From the IMG/VR virus record IMGVR_UViG_3300011336_000452, positions 1-34,930 of that record: DNA of 34,930 nt. One strand, written 5' to 3'. The stretch is from a virus (Duplodnaviria > Caudoviricetes). Below the pieces are notes generated by a model. That model worked only from the letters and a program-made list of their open reading frames with translations. It was not told where the DNA came from and searched no databases. The position numbers and the translations under genes were made by a program. Shown in pieces: positions 25,751-34,930 of the stretch (position 1 is the stretch's first letter; every line of letters begins with the position of its first letter).

Positions 25751-26332
25751 TTATAAATCTTTTTGTACGTAATAATTCTTATAATACTCACTTACTTTCA
25801 ATGCTAGTTCCTTGGCGTTTTCAAGTTTATATTTCAAAAAGAAATCGTATAATTCAAATTGGTTTTTACTTTCAAGTAATGAATAATCAATTTGTACATA
25901 ATTAGTTTCAATATCCATAAATGATCGTTTACCATGATGAATTAGTCTAAAATTAAAATTATCTATTTGAAAGCAAAATGTATGCAACCTTGACTTAACT
26001 ATAACCGCTCTCATTCGATCAATGTAAATCGAATTTTCACCGTATAAATGCAAGTCATTGTAAACAACCTTTAAACTTCGATAGGATATTGAATGATTGC
26101 GTTGGAATATTTCAGCTGTTTCAAGTAAATTTTTACCCGATAACAACGCCCAAAAAACACCGATATGTCGCCACTCTTTAATTGATTGATGCCTATTATC
26201 TTTGCGTAATTGTTCAATTGTATATGGACACGCTTTGAAGAAATCGTACAAATTGAACTCCTTACAGTCTAAAATATTGTAGCTCTTTTGTACAATTTTT
26301 TTGTACTTAGAATCTGGAAATACTTTTGTCAT
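25751..26332 (-). CDS. Hypothetical protein with DnaA domain IV-like HTH
   Basis: R...WRH...LLETAEIFQRNHS pattern. Confidence 0.6.
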   Translation of the reverse strand: MTKVFPDSKYKKIVQKSYNILDCKEFNLYDFFKACPYTIEQLRKDNRHQSIKEWRHIGVFWALLSGKNLLETAEIFQRNHSISYRSLKVVYNDLHLYGENSIYIDRMRAVIVKSRLHTFCFQIDNFNFRLIHHGKRSFMDIETNYVQIDYSLLESKNQFELYDFFLKYKLENAKELALKVSEYYKNYYVQKDL

Positions 26333-26415
26333 AACTTAATTAAATACGTGTGTGTAAATGATTGCATCCATTGCTAGTTTTCGCATTACTAGTTTTTTAT
26401 TGATGTTTTGTGTTT

Positions 26416-26610
26416 TCATAATCCAGCTTGTTTTTTGTAGTGTTCAAATTTCTTTAGTGCTATTTCAGCTTGTTTTAAAAAGTAGTGAGGTTTTTTGCCG
26501 CGACAATTTAACAAGGCTTGACGTTTCATTTCGCGCCAGTGACATAGTCTGGCAAATGCAAGTACTAGAAGCGAATTAATACGCTTAGATTTTTTAATCG
26601 ATTCTTTCAT
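26416..26610 (-). CDS. Basic hypothetical protein
   Basis: 64 aa in tightly packed early cluster. Confidence 0.6.
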   Translation of the reverse strand: MKESIKKSKRINSLLVLAFARLCHWREMKRQALLNCRGKKPHYFLKQAEIALKKFEHYKKQAGL

Positions 26611-26613
26611 GGT

Positions 26614-26838
26614 TTATTTTTTAAAAGTTTTATCAAAGTAATTTAATGCCGTTTCATTTTGATCTGCGTAATCGATAGCAAATCCACACGTTATTTCGCG
26701 CTCGTATTCCATTAATTTAATAGCATGGTTTTTAATTATCAATGCCGTTGCATCAATTTTTTTAGTGTGTTTTTTATGCTTTTCTAAATGCAAATCAATC
26801 TTTTTAATAAGCATTTGTAACGCTGTTTTTTGCTCCAT
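26614..26838 (-). CDS. Hypothetical protein
   Basis: 74 aa; TAATG coupling. Confidence 0.7.
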   Translation of the reverse strand: MEQKTALQMLIKKIDLHLEKHKKHTKKIDATALIIKNHAIKLMEYEREITCGFAIDYADQNETALNYFDKTFKK

Positions 26839-27095
26839 TATTTACGCTTTTTGAATATAAGTATTGTCTTTTGATTTTCTCGAAATCCAAGTGCATGAAT
26901 AAACTTTTCCTTTGTATTTGCGTTTTCGCTTTCATGGATTAATTCGATACAATCAAAATGGTGAATTGTTAAGGTGTGTAATTTGTCGCACCGTTCGCCT
27001 TGTAAATACCCGTGCAAGTCGTAATCTGTTAAATTAACGGTATTGCGTATTGATTCAGGAAATCGTAATACAACGGTTCTAAATTGATTTTCCAT
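26838..27095 (-). CDS. Hypothetical protein
   Basis: 85 aa. Confidence 0.7.
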   Translation of the reverse strand: MENQFRTVVLRFPESIRNTVNLTDYDLHGYLQGERCDKLHTLTIHHFDCIELIHESENANTKEKFIHALGFRENQKTILIFKKRK

Positions 27096-27100
27096 AACGT

Positions 27101-27292
27101 TTAAAGAATTGGATCATTAATCACAGTCAAATAGTCTTCATATAACTTTTGATTAAATGAACCCCCCTTATCTTCAGGGCAAATCTTTGTTTTCCATTTG
27201 CGACTAATATAAGTCAAGTTTGGTTTGTTTGGAAAATACGTGTTAATTACTTGAATTAAGGTGTTTTTTTTAGATGTTTTTTGTGTGTTCAT
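27101..27292 (-). CDS. Hypothetical protein
   Basis: 63 aa with A-rich leader. Confidence 0.7.
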   Translation of the reverse strand: MNTQKTSKKNTLIQVINTYFPNKPNLTYISRKWKTKICPEDKGGSFNQKLYEDYLTVINDPIL

Positions 27293-27340
27293 GGTTGTTA
27301 TTTTTTATTGTGCGTTACCAAGTCGCACCCCTTGTTTTTT

Positions 27341-27547
27341 TTATATATTACAAATTGAATATTTTGTTTCAACCCACTCTGAATCGTCTTCAACTTCTTT
27401 AATACAAGTAAATAATGAAGCTTCCATTCTTGTGTAAAAGTCAAACCATTTTTTCATGTATTCAATAGCTTTATTTTTTGACGTGAAATATAAGTCTTCC
27501 GTTTTAATTCCGTATCCTTCTGCGTGTACTCTGTATTGTGTTTTCAT
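27341..27547 (-). CDS. Hypothetical protein, first gene of early operon
   Basis: 68 aa directly after a promoter. Confidence 0.7.
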   Translation of the reverse strand: MKTQYRVHAEGYGIKTEDLYFTSKNKAIEYMKKWFDFYTRMEASLFTCIKEVEDDSEWVETKYSICNI

Positions 27548-27571
27548 AACTTTGTGTTTTTAATTATAAAC

Positions 27572-27604
27572 CAAAGTTAACATTTTATTTTTAATTAACA
27601 ACAA
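27572..27604 (-). promoter_or_regulatory. Early promoter
   Basis: TAACTTTG at 27572-27579, TTG about 22 nt upstream, very AT-rich upstream tract. Confidence 0.65.
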
Positions 27605-27645
27605 TTTATTATTTATTTTTTAATATTTTTTTTTGTTTGGATACT

Positions 27646-27679
27646 AAAAAACCCCCTAATCTCATTTGAAAAGGGGGTC
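27646..27679 (-). terminator. Terminator after lysis module
   Basis: GACCCCCT...AGGGGGTTTTTT on the minus strand. Confidence 0.8.
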
Positions 27680-27725
27680 AAAACATCAATCGTTCAATGC
27701 AAGAACTAAGGAAAGAGGCTCAAAT

Positions 27726-28004
27726 TTACCTAGAAAATTTCTTTAAAACAAATCTTACTATTCTTTTGGCAATCACTTTCCAAAGTGCGCCTTGGGCATC
27801 GACTTTCACCTCGATGCCGTCGGGCGTTTTTTTAATATCAACATCAATATTTTTTGAATCCAATTTGAATTCTTTATTTACTTCGTCTTTTAATACGTGA
27901 ATATCTACGTTCTTTGTGTCAACATCCAGTTTGATATTCGTGCCGTCTTTTTCTAAATTTACGTCAACATTATCAGTATCTATTTTTATTTTTTTCTTTG
28001 CCAT
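27726..28004 (-). CDS. Repeat protein with cationic amphipathic C-terminal helix (possible lysis accessory)
   Basis: Three 20-aa D(T/S)xN(V/I)D repeats then ALWKVIAKRIVRFVLKKFSR; follows the endolysin. Confidence 0.6.
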   Translation of the reverse strand: MAKKKIKIDTDNVDVNLEKDGTNIKLDVDTKNVDIHVLKDEVNKEFKLDSKNIDVDIKKTPDGIEVKVDAQGALWKVIAKRIVRFVLKKFSR

Positions 28005-28010
28005 AATTAT

Positions 28011-28385
28011 TTATTTTGCCCAACGTGCTTTTGTAAGTCTGCAATCATAGTGCGTCCACGTGCTATACGTTCCTAAACCGCCCTCTTTCATTTTACCCGC
28101 TGCAATCAATTTTTCGATAATAGCAGCAACTTGTTTAGGTGTGTAACCTTCAATCTTGAAGTCAGCTGCTTGACCGGTAATATGTCTTGACTTAGTAACA
28201 CCGCCTATTTTAGCGTTATGTTCTGCAGGTCTATAACCGCTTGTGATCTTAATTGGTTTCTTTACATAATCACGTAATACTTGAAGGTTTTTTGCAAGTT
28301 CTATTAAGTTGCTTAATACGTTGGCTGGCACTGTAAAATTGTGCTTATTAAACTCGTTTAAACTAAAGTTGGATGTTAGCTTCAT
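28011..28385 (-). CDS. Endolysin, peptidase M15A family
   Basis: NFSLNEF, ITSGYR, HN..IGG..SRH..GQAAD and THYD Zn-binding motifs. Confidence 0.9.
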   Translation of the reverse strand: MKLTSNFSLNEFNKHNFTVPANVLSNLIELAKNLQVLRDYVKKPIKITSGYRPAEHNAKIGGVTKSRHITGQAADFKIEGYTPKQVAAIIEKLIAAGKMKEGGLGTYSTWTHYDCRLTKARWAK

Positions 28386-28388
28386 ATC

Positions 28389-28640
28389 TTATTTTTTCGC
28401 TAATTTACGACTTTTATTATCAATTACTGCAACAGTATCACTTTTTTGAGTAGGTAAAAGCGGCTGTCTCTCCTCAATAGGTTTTCTATTATAATACTCA
28501 TTTTTATCTAAGCAATTATAAAGACGGTCTTTAACATCCTGAACTTCGAAATGCGTGTACGCAAGCCATAATGCAAGGACTCCAACAGCTCCCTGCTTTT
28601 TAATTATTTCTATGAATTGAGTGATAGGTAACATTTTCAT
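28389..28640 (-). CDS. Putative holin / membrane lysis protein
   Basis: Single hydrophobic segment GAVGVLALWLAY; immediately upstream of the endolysin. Confidence 0.5.
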   Translation of the reverse strand: MKMLPITQFIEIIKKQGAVGVLALWLAYTHFEVQDVKDRLYNCLDKNEYYNRKPIEERQPLLPTQKSDTVAVIDNKSRKLAKK

Positions 28641-28978
28641 TCTTTAATAATATCTATTATAATAAAATTAGATAGAGCACTATTTGATCCAGCGTTATTT
28701 GTTGCTGTTACTGTGCATGTTATACTTGCCGCTGAATCTGCAAGTACAATTTCATAAGTTGAATTTGTTTGGTTTCGAATTGGATTTCCATTTCTATTCC
28801 ATTGATAAGAATAAGTAATAGGAGCTGTACCTATCCAAGTTCCCGTAGTGGAAGATAATAAACTATTCAATGTAGTATTACCTGTTATTACAGGAGTAAC
28901 AGTATTTACGGGAACAGATCCAGATTCAGTATTTAAAACTAATAATGGACTTATTCCAATTCCAATTCCAAACGCCAT
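28637..28978 (-). CDS. Ig-like domain virion protein
   Basis: PVNTVTPVITG...GTW...YSYQW...ITCTVTATN Ig-like pattern. Confidence 0.75.
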   Translation of the reverse strand: MAFGIGIGISPLLVLNTESGSVPVNTVTPVITGNTTLNSLLSSTTGTWIGTAPITYSYQWNRNGNPIRNQTNSTYEIVLADSAASITCTVTATNNAGSNSALSNFIIIDIIKE

Positions 28979-29238
28979 TACAAAACTATTTCAATTGATC
29001 CACTTGTTAATTTGACTCCAGAAAAACGCGTCCCCGAAGTTGGGCGAATAATTGCACCGGCTTTTACGGCTGTGGCTGGCGTTGTAATATAAGTTGACTT
29101 TACATCAACTCCTGCAACTTTAATACTAGTAAAAACAGTATCTTGTAATACTAAAATGGCGTCAAATCCTTGAGTTACTTCGGTTGTATCATTTATTATT
29201 TTAGTGCCATTCAAGGCATGTAATACGCTATTCCACAT
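28978..29238 (-). CDS. Small beta-rich putative virion protein
   Basis: 86 aa; follows a TAAATTTG box at 29257-29264. Confidence 0.6.
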   Translation of the reverse strand: MWNSVLHALNGTKIINDTTEVTQGFDAILVLQDTVFTSIKVAGVDVKSTYITTPATAVKAGAIIRPTSGTRFSGVKLTSGSIEIVL

Positions 29239-29283
29239 GGTAATTTAATTTAGTTTCAAATTTAGTTTTTAATAATTCAATTG

Positions 29284-30420
29284 TCAATAGTAAGTGCGCT
29301 TGTTCTTAAATTTATCTGCAACTGTACACTTCAATGATGCCTTGCGAGAAAAATCATAATATGTTAATTCAGGGCTTTGACTCACTATCACTGGTAAATC
29401 ATTGATACAATAGTCATGGTTATGAGCATTGTAATCTGAGATGTATAAGTTGTTCTCACTCAATAGATACAAATCAACAAGCGGCTTAGTAACACACTTC
29501 AAAGATGGATCAACAAGGATTTCATACTCATTCAAGTTTTCTCGAATGACTCTCTTCATTTCTCTATTATTGTAAATGATATTATCTATCTCAGTGTTTG
29601 GTTGTCTGTTGCCTATGAATCCATTGAATCTGTATGTACTTTCAACTCCTGAGCCTGTGAAATTAATCTGCTCAATCTCATGGTATCCATCAAAGTTAGC
29701 TCTCAATCTGGCTGTTGCAATTGCATTCTGTATTGTGAATGGCAATAGTCTATATTTACCCCATGTAATGATGCCTGTAATACCAGAAATATTGTATTTA
29801 ATTTCCAGTTCATAACATCCAATTCCATCTGAATTGAGTACATCAATCCACTCTACTGTGGTATAATAAGCATTTGGCTCATTAGGGAATGCCACTACAT
29901 TTGGAGTGTAAGTTGTTAACACACCATATTTATAAAGGTTGAATGTAACAGTATCTGCAGGATCACTTAACTTCATCCATGCACTGGTTTTATCTGTTTC
30001 CCAGCTGTTTGATGTGGACTTAGCCAATACCAACTCCTCACAGCAACAATCATTAATTCCTCTATTTTGATTTAAACAAATTTGAGGTAGCTTAATAGAC
30101 TTATATTCAAAATACATTCTATCCTCATTCTTTGCACATTCACACTCGGTTGTGTTTGTTCTCACAGCAAAGGAAAGCCATTTAGTGTCATCACCTAATG
30201 GGCAGGGGGTTTCATTCTTTAAACTATCAATGTAAGTACCTCCTCCAATCTCATCTGTTATAAACCACGTCGATGAGCCATCACACCACACATAATAAGT
30301 TGATCCAAAGTAAGTAAACTCAAATGTATTGTATCCATTATGAGTGCCAGATGCATCAACATCAAAGGTTAATGTTGGATAAGTACCGGATTGAAACGAA
30401 ATATTAATGCAATCACACAT
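29284..30420 (-). CDS. Putative tail protein
   Basis: 378 aa, Cys-containing N-domain; distal tail module. Confidence 0.6.
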   Translation of the reverse strand: MCDCINISFQSGTYPTLTFDVDASGTHNGYNTFEFTYFGSTYYVWCDGSSTWFITDEIGGGTYIDSLKNETPCPLGDDTKWLSFAVRTNTTECECAKNEDRMYFEYKSIKLPQICLNQNRGINDCCCEELVLAKSTSNSWETDKTSAWMKLSDPADTVTFNLYKYGVLTTYTPNVVAFPNEPNAYYTTVEWIDVLNSDGIGCYELEIKYNISGITGIITWGKYRLLPFTIQNAIATARLRANFDGYHEIEQINFTGSGVESTYRFNGFIGNRQPNTEIDNIIYNNREMKRVIRENLNEYEILVDPSLKCVTKPLVDLYLLSENNLYISDYNAHNHDYCINDLPVIVSQSPELTYYDFSRKASLKCTVADKFKNKRTYY

Positions 30421-32599
30421 AACAGCCTTTTATTTTAGAAGTAAATTTAACACCATTGGATAGGTTAACATTGTTTGGATTAAAGTAACACTCAATCAAT
30501 GCAACCTGTGGAGATGGGAATGATAAGTCAGCGTATAATCCAGAAATCGGAGTCAATGGATTATTCAAGTTATTGTCATAAGGCACAACAGTTGAACATA
30601 TCCAACGAGGTGCCGCCTCTGTTGGCTCAACTGTAATCATGCCCCAAACATTTGATTGATCCCAGATATCTGCTGTATTGATTGTGTGATACGCACTAAC
30701 CTTATGCAACTCACCTTCGACAACTACAGTAACAATTTGAGATGTACTCACAACCTCAAGTGTCATTGTTTGATCTATTGCAGGATCTGAATCATAATCT
30801 TTGATAACAATATTCTCACTGTAAATATAGTCAAGTCCATTGATATCAACAGTAACTCTGAGCTGTAACTTCCAATCTGTTTCAGTTCCGTATGGCATCC
30901 AGTTACGTGTTTGCTTGTTTGGATAAAAGAAAGCATTTGCATTTGGTTGTGCTATCCAATACTGCCAACTGTAAAAGAATGGCAAGTAAACTCTTATTCC
31001 ATAGTCAGTAACAGTGTCAATGTACGCATCTCTCTCTATCTGAGCTGTGAGCTTTGCAGATGTTGTTGGAAGAGTTGTGATAACACTTTGTGATTGATTG
31101 ATAGGATAGTAACCTCCGACCTTTGGAACTGCTGTGAAATCAAAATAAGAGCTATTCAATAAGAACTCCTCATTAGTCACTGCATTAACTGACCATATCT
31201 CTGCCTTAGTGTACTTAATATCTGCATCAATAGGAACTAAGAACTTGCCAATGAAAGCAATATCATCCTCAACATTACCCTCAAATCCTAACTTAGTCAC
31301 ATTATCATTTGCATAGTTTTGTGAGTGATCAACAAATCTATGAACAACCATATCCAACACTCCGGGAGCAGGGGGTTGCTCACTTAGTTGGTCTGCAAAT
31401 AGCAACAAGTTTACTGTTCCATACTTAGCCCAAATGTAAAATAATCTATCTCCAATACTTCGTGCATCCATGAAAGTTATAAATGCAGCGTTTGGAGTGA
31501 ACTCCCAGTCCCATGTGGTCACTGTTCCAACAGTTACAGGATTACTAAATTCAAGAGTGTATCCTGCTCCACTTGGATTAAGTGGAGATGTCAATGTTAT
31601 AGGAACTAAACCTGTTTGAGTTTCAGCAAACATGCTTAATTCACTCTGGTCAACTGTTTGATTTTTATAATAGTTGTCATCAAGTGGCATATATCCTGCA
31701 CCAAATCCAAAGGATGTACTTGCAGAATCAATTGAGATAGTTCCTGTTTGAATTGTGTTGAACTCAAGTACTGAAATTCCACTTAGAAGAGTAGCATTTG
31801 CAACACCTAAATTAAATGGCTCATCAAACCATCCCGTATCTGCACTCTCACTTATTACAAAAGTTGTGTTATTGTTTGGATTGCCATAAGTACGCTGCCA
31901 AACTGTGCCGAAATAAGTCCTAAGACACCCTCCAAAATCAAATGAAGTAGGCAACATTGCACCGCCTTGAATGAACTCCACCTCTAAATCATAAGTCCTT
32001 GTTTTATTTGGATAGGTTGTCTGGTCAGTGATGGTTGCATTTACAGCGTATTGACCTGACTTTATTCCAACCTGCGTACCTGTCACAACTTGACCATTGG
32101 TTGTGCCTGTGAGGTTGAATAGTATCTTGTTTACTGAGCCATCTAATAAACTGTTTGGACTCAGTGATCCTGTTTGTGGTAAAAGATTGAAATTAAGTTC
32201 TAATCCATTCCTTTTTGAGCCACCTTTTTGCTTTGCTATGATGTAAACATATTGAGTTGAACTCTTCCAAGTCAATGAAGCGTTAACAATCATTAATGTG
32301 GATGTTACACTAACTATTGTAACGGTATTTGTATGGTGAACCGTACCATTTGCATTGTAAATTATGATTTCAACGTTGTCTCCTGCCTGAAATCCTTCTG
32401 TTAAAAAGTTAGCACCCGACAAAGTTACTTGATTAAGACCTGCAAAATAGTTTAATAATACACTTGGACTCTCTGTAATGGCTATATTTTCAGTAATTGT
32501 ACATGTAAATGTATGCTTATCACCTGCATTTGCCTGATAATAATTCAAATTACTACCAAACATATCACGATATACCGGATTACTTATTAAAATTGGCAT
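30413..32599 (-). CDS. Putative tail / baseplate protein
   Basis: 728 aa beta-rich; distal tail module. Confidence 0.65.
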   Translation of the reverse strand: MPILISNPVYRDMFGSNLNYYQANAGDKHTFTCTITENIAITESPSVLLNYFAGLNQVTLSGANFLTEGFQAGDNVEIIIYNANGTVHHTNTVTIVSVTSTLMIVNASLTWKSSTQYVYIIAKQKGGSKRNGLELNFNLLPQTGSLSPNSLLDGSVNKILFNLTGTTNGQVVTGTQVGIKSGQYAVNATITDQTTYPNKTRTYDLEVEFIQGGAMLPTSFDFGGCLRTYFGTVWQRTYGNPNNNTTFVISESADTGWFDEPFNLGVANATLLSGISVLEFNTIQTGTISIDSASTSFGFGAGYMPLDDNYYKNQTVDQSELSMFAETQTGLVPITLTSPLNPSGAGYTLEFSNPVTVGTVTTWDWEFTPNAAFITFMDARSIGDRLFYIWAKYGTVNLLLFADQLSEQPPAPGVLDMVVHRFVDHSQNYANDNVTKLGFEGNVEDDIAFIGKFLVPIDADIKYTKAEIWSVNAVTNEEFLLNSSYFDFTAVPKVGGYYPINQSQSVITTLPTTSAKLTAQIERDAYIDTVTDYGIRVYLPFFYSWQYWIAQPNANAFFYPNKQTRNWMPYGTETDWKLQLRVTVDINGLDYIYSENIVIKDYDSDPAIDQTMTLEVVSTSQIVTVVVEGELHKVSAYHTINTADIWDQSNVWGMITVEPTEAAPRWICSTVVPYDNNLNNPLTPISGLYADLSFPSPQVALIECYFNPNNVNLSNGVKFTSKIKGCYV

Positions 32600-32801
32600 A
32601 TTTATTCATTAAATTGTTAACTTCAATCATATCTTTTGAATTTTGAGCCGCCTCCAAATCCTTTAATAGCTCATGAGCTTGTTGTGGATTATCTTTTTCC
32701 ACCTCTTTTATTGCTGAATGCGCCATTCCTAATACCACTTTCAAAGAATCTGAAAGACTTTTAGCTGTTGATTTTAATTTATTTAATTCTTCGGTTGTCA
32801 T
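32580..32801 (-). CDS. Small helical hypothetical protein
   Basis: 73 aa, coupled. Confidence 0.65.
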   Translation of the reverse strand: MTTEELNKLKSTAKSLSDSLKVVLGMAHSAIKEVEKDNPQQAHELLKDLEAAQNSKDMIEVNNLMNKYANFNK

Positions 32802-34537
32802 TAGTTAATTATTTTTAATGTAACTTTTCCATTAGCCCAATCAAGCGGCTCTTTATAGGTAATTGTAGCTAAACTTTTTTCATCAATCCATTCTATTTTA
32901 AGCACTTCGCACCATTTATTATTTGTAAAAATGTAGTTACTGTTTTGCAAAGATACAAACTGTGATTGTCTAAGTCTAATCCTAGCCTCTTCGTGAATAA
33001 TAAAATCGTTATTTGCTATAAAATTAATATAGTGAAAATTATTCCATAATGCAGTCGCGCTATAAATAGCATCGTAGTTTGAAGTATCTAAATTTACTTT
33101 ATTGCCGCTACCTGTACTTTTAACATATAAACTTTTTGTAACTCCAAAATATTCATTACTAACTTTCATTGCATTTTTACGGTCTAAAATCTGTGCATAT
33201 AGATTAGTTCCATGACCTCCGAACGCTTGATTGATTGCTTCGGTTGTAGCATCGTATAGTAATACAAATGGAACTGCTAAAGTTTCAAGTAACGTTAATT
33301 TATTCTTTGGAGCTCCTAATGCAAAATTAATTCTAACCTCATTCAATCCTTTGATTGTTACCAAATCTGCATTTGTAGTAGGTACGTTATTCTCTGTTGA
33401 ATATTCCGCTTGGTTTCTACCAAACATTACGCCGTCAATAGTATGAGTATCGGTGTAATCAAGTGAATATGTTATGTAATATCTCTTCCAAACTTCCTCC
33501 GTATTATAAGTAAACTGCTCATCGCGTTCAGGTTGTATATTTAATGCGGGATCTATTTGTAATGATGTTTGTTGTTGTAACCAATCTCTACGTTCTAATC
33601 GTACTGTTTTATTTGCAGCGTCAATAAATAACTTAGCATTGAATTGCTTTAATACCTCATCTAACCAAGCTCCAAAAGTGGGGGTTGTATCGGACGCTGA
33701 ACAAACAGGTTTGTTATAACTGTCTGCTAAATCATTTGAAGTTTTGTCGAAAAAACTATCATTATTCTTATCCAATGGCACGGGAAGAGTTAACCATCCC
33801 GGCTGTGATTGAAATATACTTGAAGGTAAGGCGGTATATCCTAAGTACGAACATCCTTTGTTAAAAATTTCCGAATACAAACAACCTTTAAAATACTTTT
33901 TTCGAGGGAATAAGATAGGAAATAACCTTGCCATTAATGAAGCCATTGCAGCTAGAAGACTTGCAAAATAAATTAGTTTTATTGCAAATTTTGCAGCTCC
34001 AGAAATTGGATTTGCAATCAAATCAACTGTTGCCTCTGCCAATTCTTTATAAGCTTGAATAATTTGCAACGTCAACATGAATAACGCTATACTCATATTT
34101 AAGGCATCCATTGCAGCTGTATTGGTTACGACATAGTAACCTACATTTTTATAGTTGAAATATGCTGCTCCTTTGTCTTTGTACATTAAATCAAATGAAG
34201 TACCGCGAGCCTTCTCCCAAAATGTATCTGATCCGTTTCTACGCTTTAATTTAACCTCAATCTCATGCTGTCTTATAATAGGTTTTGCAGCTGAATCCGA
34301 TAAATCAATGTAATATTCAAGTGAAATATTACCTTTCATTTCAACGGTGTAAGGAATGCCTATAAACAAACCATTGTTTTGTATCCAGTTTTTAATATAT
34401 TGATTTGCCTCGCGTGGTAAAATAACAGAATCAACATTCAAACTCAATACATCTGGATTACCTGTGAAATCACTAACCACTCCAATTGAATCCCTGTTGC
34501 GTGGACTTACCTCAATGCCATTTAATAAATGTCTCAT
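32801..34537 (-). CDS. Putative tail tip / hub protein with hydrophobic segments
   Basis: 578 aa immediately after the tape measure end. Confidence 0.6.
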   Translation of the reverse strand: MRHLLNGIEVSPRNRDSIGVVSDFTGNPDVLSLNVDSVILPREANQYIKNWIQNNGLFIGIPYTVEMKGNISLEYYIDLSDSAAKPIIRQHEIEVKLKRRNGSDTFWEKARGTSFDLMYKDKGAAYFNYKNVGYYVVTNTAAMDALNMSIALFMLTLQIIQAYKELAEATVDLIANPISGAAKFAIKLIYFASLLAAMASLMARLFPILFPRKKYFKGCLYSEIFNKGCSYLGYTALPSSIFQSQPGWLTLPVPLDKNNDSFFDKTSNDLADSYNKPVCSASDTTPTFGAWLDEVLKQFNAKLFIDAANKTVRLERRDWLQQQTSLQIDPALNIQPERDEQFTYNTEEVWKRYYITYSLDYTDTHTIDGVMFGRNQAEYSTENNVPTTNADLVTIKGLNEVRINFALGAPKNKLTLLETLAVPFVLLYDATTEAINQAFGGHGTNLYAQILDRKNAMKVSNEYFGVTKSLYVKSTGSGNKVNLDTSNYDAIYSATALWNNFHYINFIANNDFIIHEEARIRLRQSQFVSLQNSNYIFTNNKWCEVLKIEWIDEKSLATITYKEPLDWANGKVTLKIIN

Positions 34538-34929
34538 GATCTAACTTTGAATCTGTTGTATATTGTCGTATTACCTTTTCGAGTGGACTGTACTATCTCC
34601 ATTGCTGACTGTGTTATTTCACCAAGCTCAATGTTTGTTTCGGGTTTTTGTTTGATTACTTCAGTGAGATTATCTAATTTATTGACTAATACCGCTAAAT
34701 CCAACGAACTATGCGCTACGTCTTTACCTAGTAATTTACCGTTTTGATATTGCATAGCAAGGTTTGTGAGTTGTTCATTTGTTAAGCTGCCTATTTGATC
34801 ATTTAATGACTTAGGAATTACTCTCTCGTGTGGGTGTAATACAGCGTGAAACCCTCCTTTACCGTCAACTCCTCCACCTTTACCGGTGTCCTCTGTACCT
34901 TCATAGAACATAGGTAAGGTACTTATAAA
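34534..34929 (-). CDS. Tape measure protein, C-terminal part (runs off window end)
   Basis: Frame open to the edge: FISTLPMFYEGTEDTG...AVLHPHERVIP, typical of TMP C-termini. Confidence 0.8.
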   Translation of the reverse strand, partial: FISTLPMFYEGTEDTGKGGGVDGKGGFHAVLHPHERVIPKSLNDQIGSLTNEQLTNLAMQYQNGKLLGKDVAHSSLDLAVLVNKLDNLTEVIKQKPETNIELGEITQSAMEIVQSTRKGNTTIYNRFKVRS

Positions 34930-34930
34930 C

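Noticed and set aside
888-34747. Numerous plus-strand and out-of-frame ORFs in the track (e.g. 6418..6747, 4801..5127, 9971..10312, 14716..15063)
   Set aside because: They lie within well-supported minus-strand genes and lack leaders or motifs.
1-34930. Direct circular join of the window ends
   Set aside because: Joining base 1 to base 34930 shifts the tape measure frame and hits a stop, and no terminal overlap is seen; sequence is missing.
1-34930. Stop-codon reassignment or diversity-generating retroelement
   Set aside because: Genes are intact and densely packed in the standard code; no reverse transcriptase or TR/VR pair seen.

Overview
The window is a near-complete genome of an AT-rich tailed (sipho-like) phage. 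The host is most likely Bacteroidota (Flavobacteriia-like), judged from many TAnnTTTG -7 promoter boxes, A-rich leaders without Shine-Dalgarno sites and a DUF4494-like gene. Almost all genes are on the minus strand. In transcription order they run: tape measure C-terminus, tail proteins, lysis (holin-like, M15 peptidase), small early genes, lambda-O-like initiator with internal origin, C5 methyltransferase, helicase-methyltransferase fusion, SbcC-like ATPase / RecT / MBL nuclease, terminase, portal, scaffold, major capsid, neck, major tail, tape measure N-terminus. Both window edges fall inside the tape measure gene. No integrase or clear repressor is seen. Three non-coding signals stand out. 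(1) An integron-attC-like array at about 12.05-12.57 kb carries small genes inside the palindrome loops, with no integrase in the window. (2) Three or four sequence-unrelated leaders share one architecture: promoter, then a 5' hairpin whose loop is complementary to the loop of a downstream terminator. (3) An antisense island between scaffold and capsid encodes a 60-aa ORF and a structured RNA with a tRNA-like domain and extra T-loop hairpins. All product calls come from motif recognition and gene order only; no searches were run.
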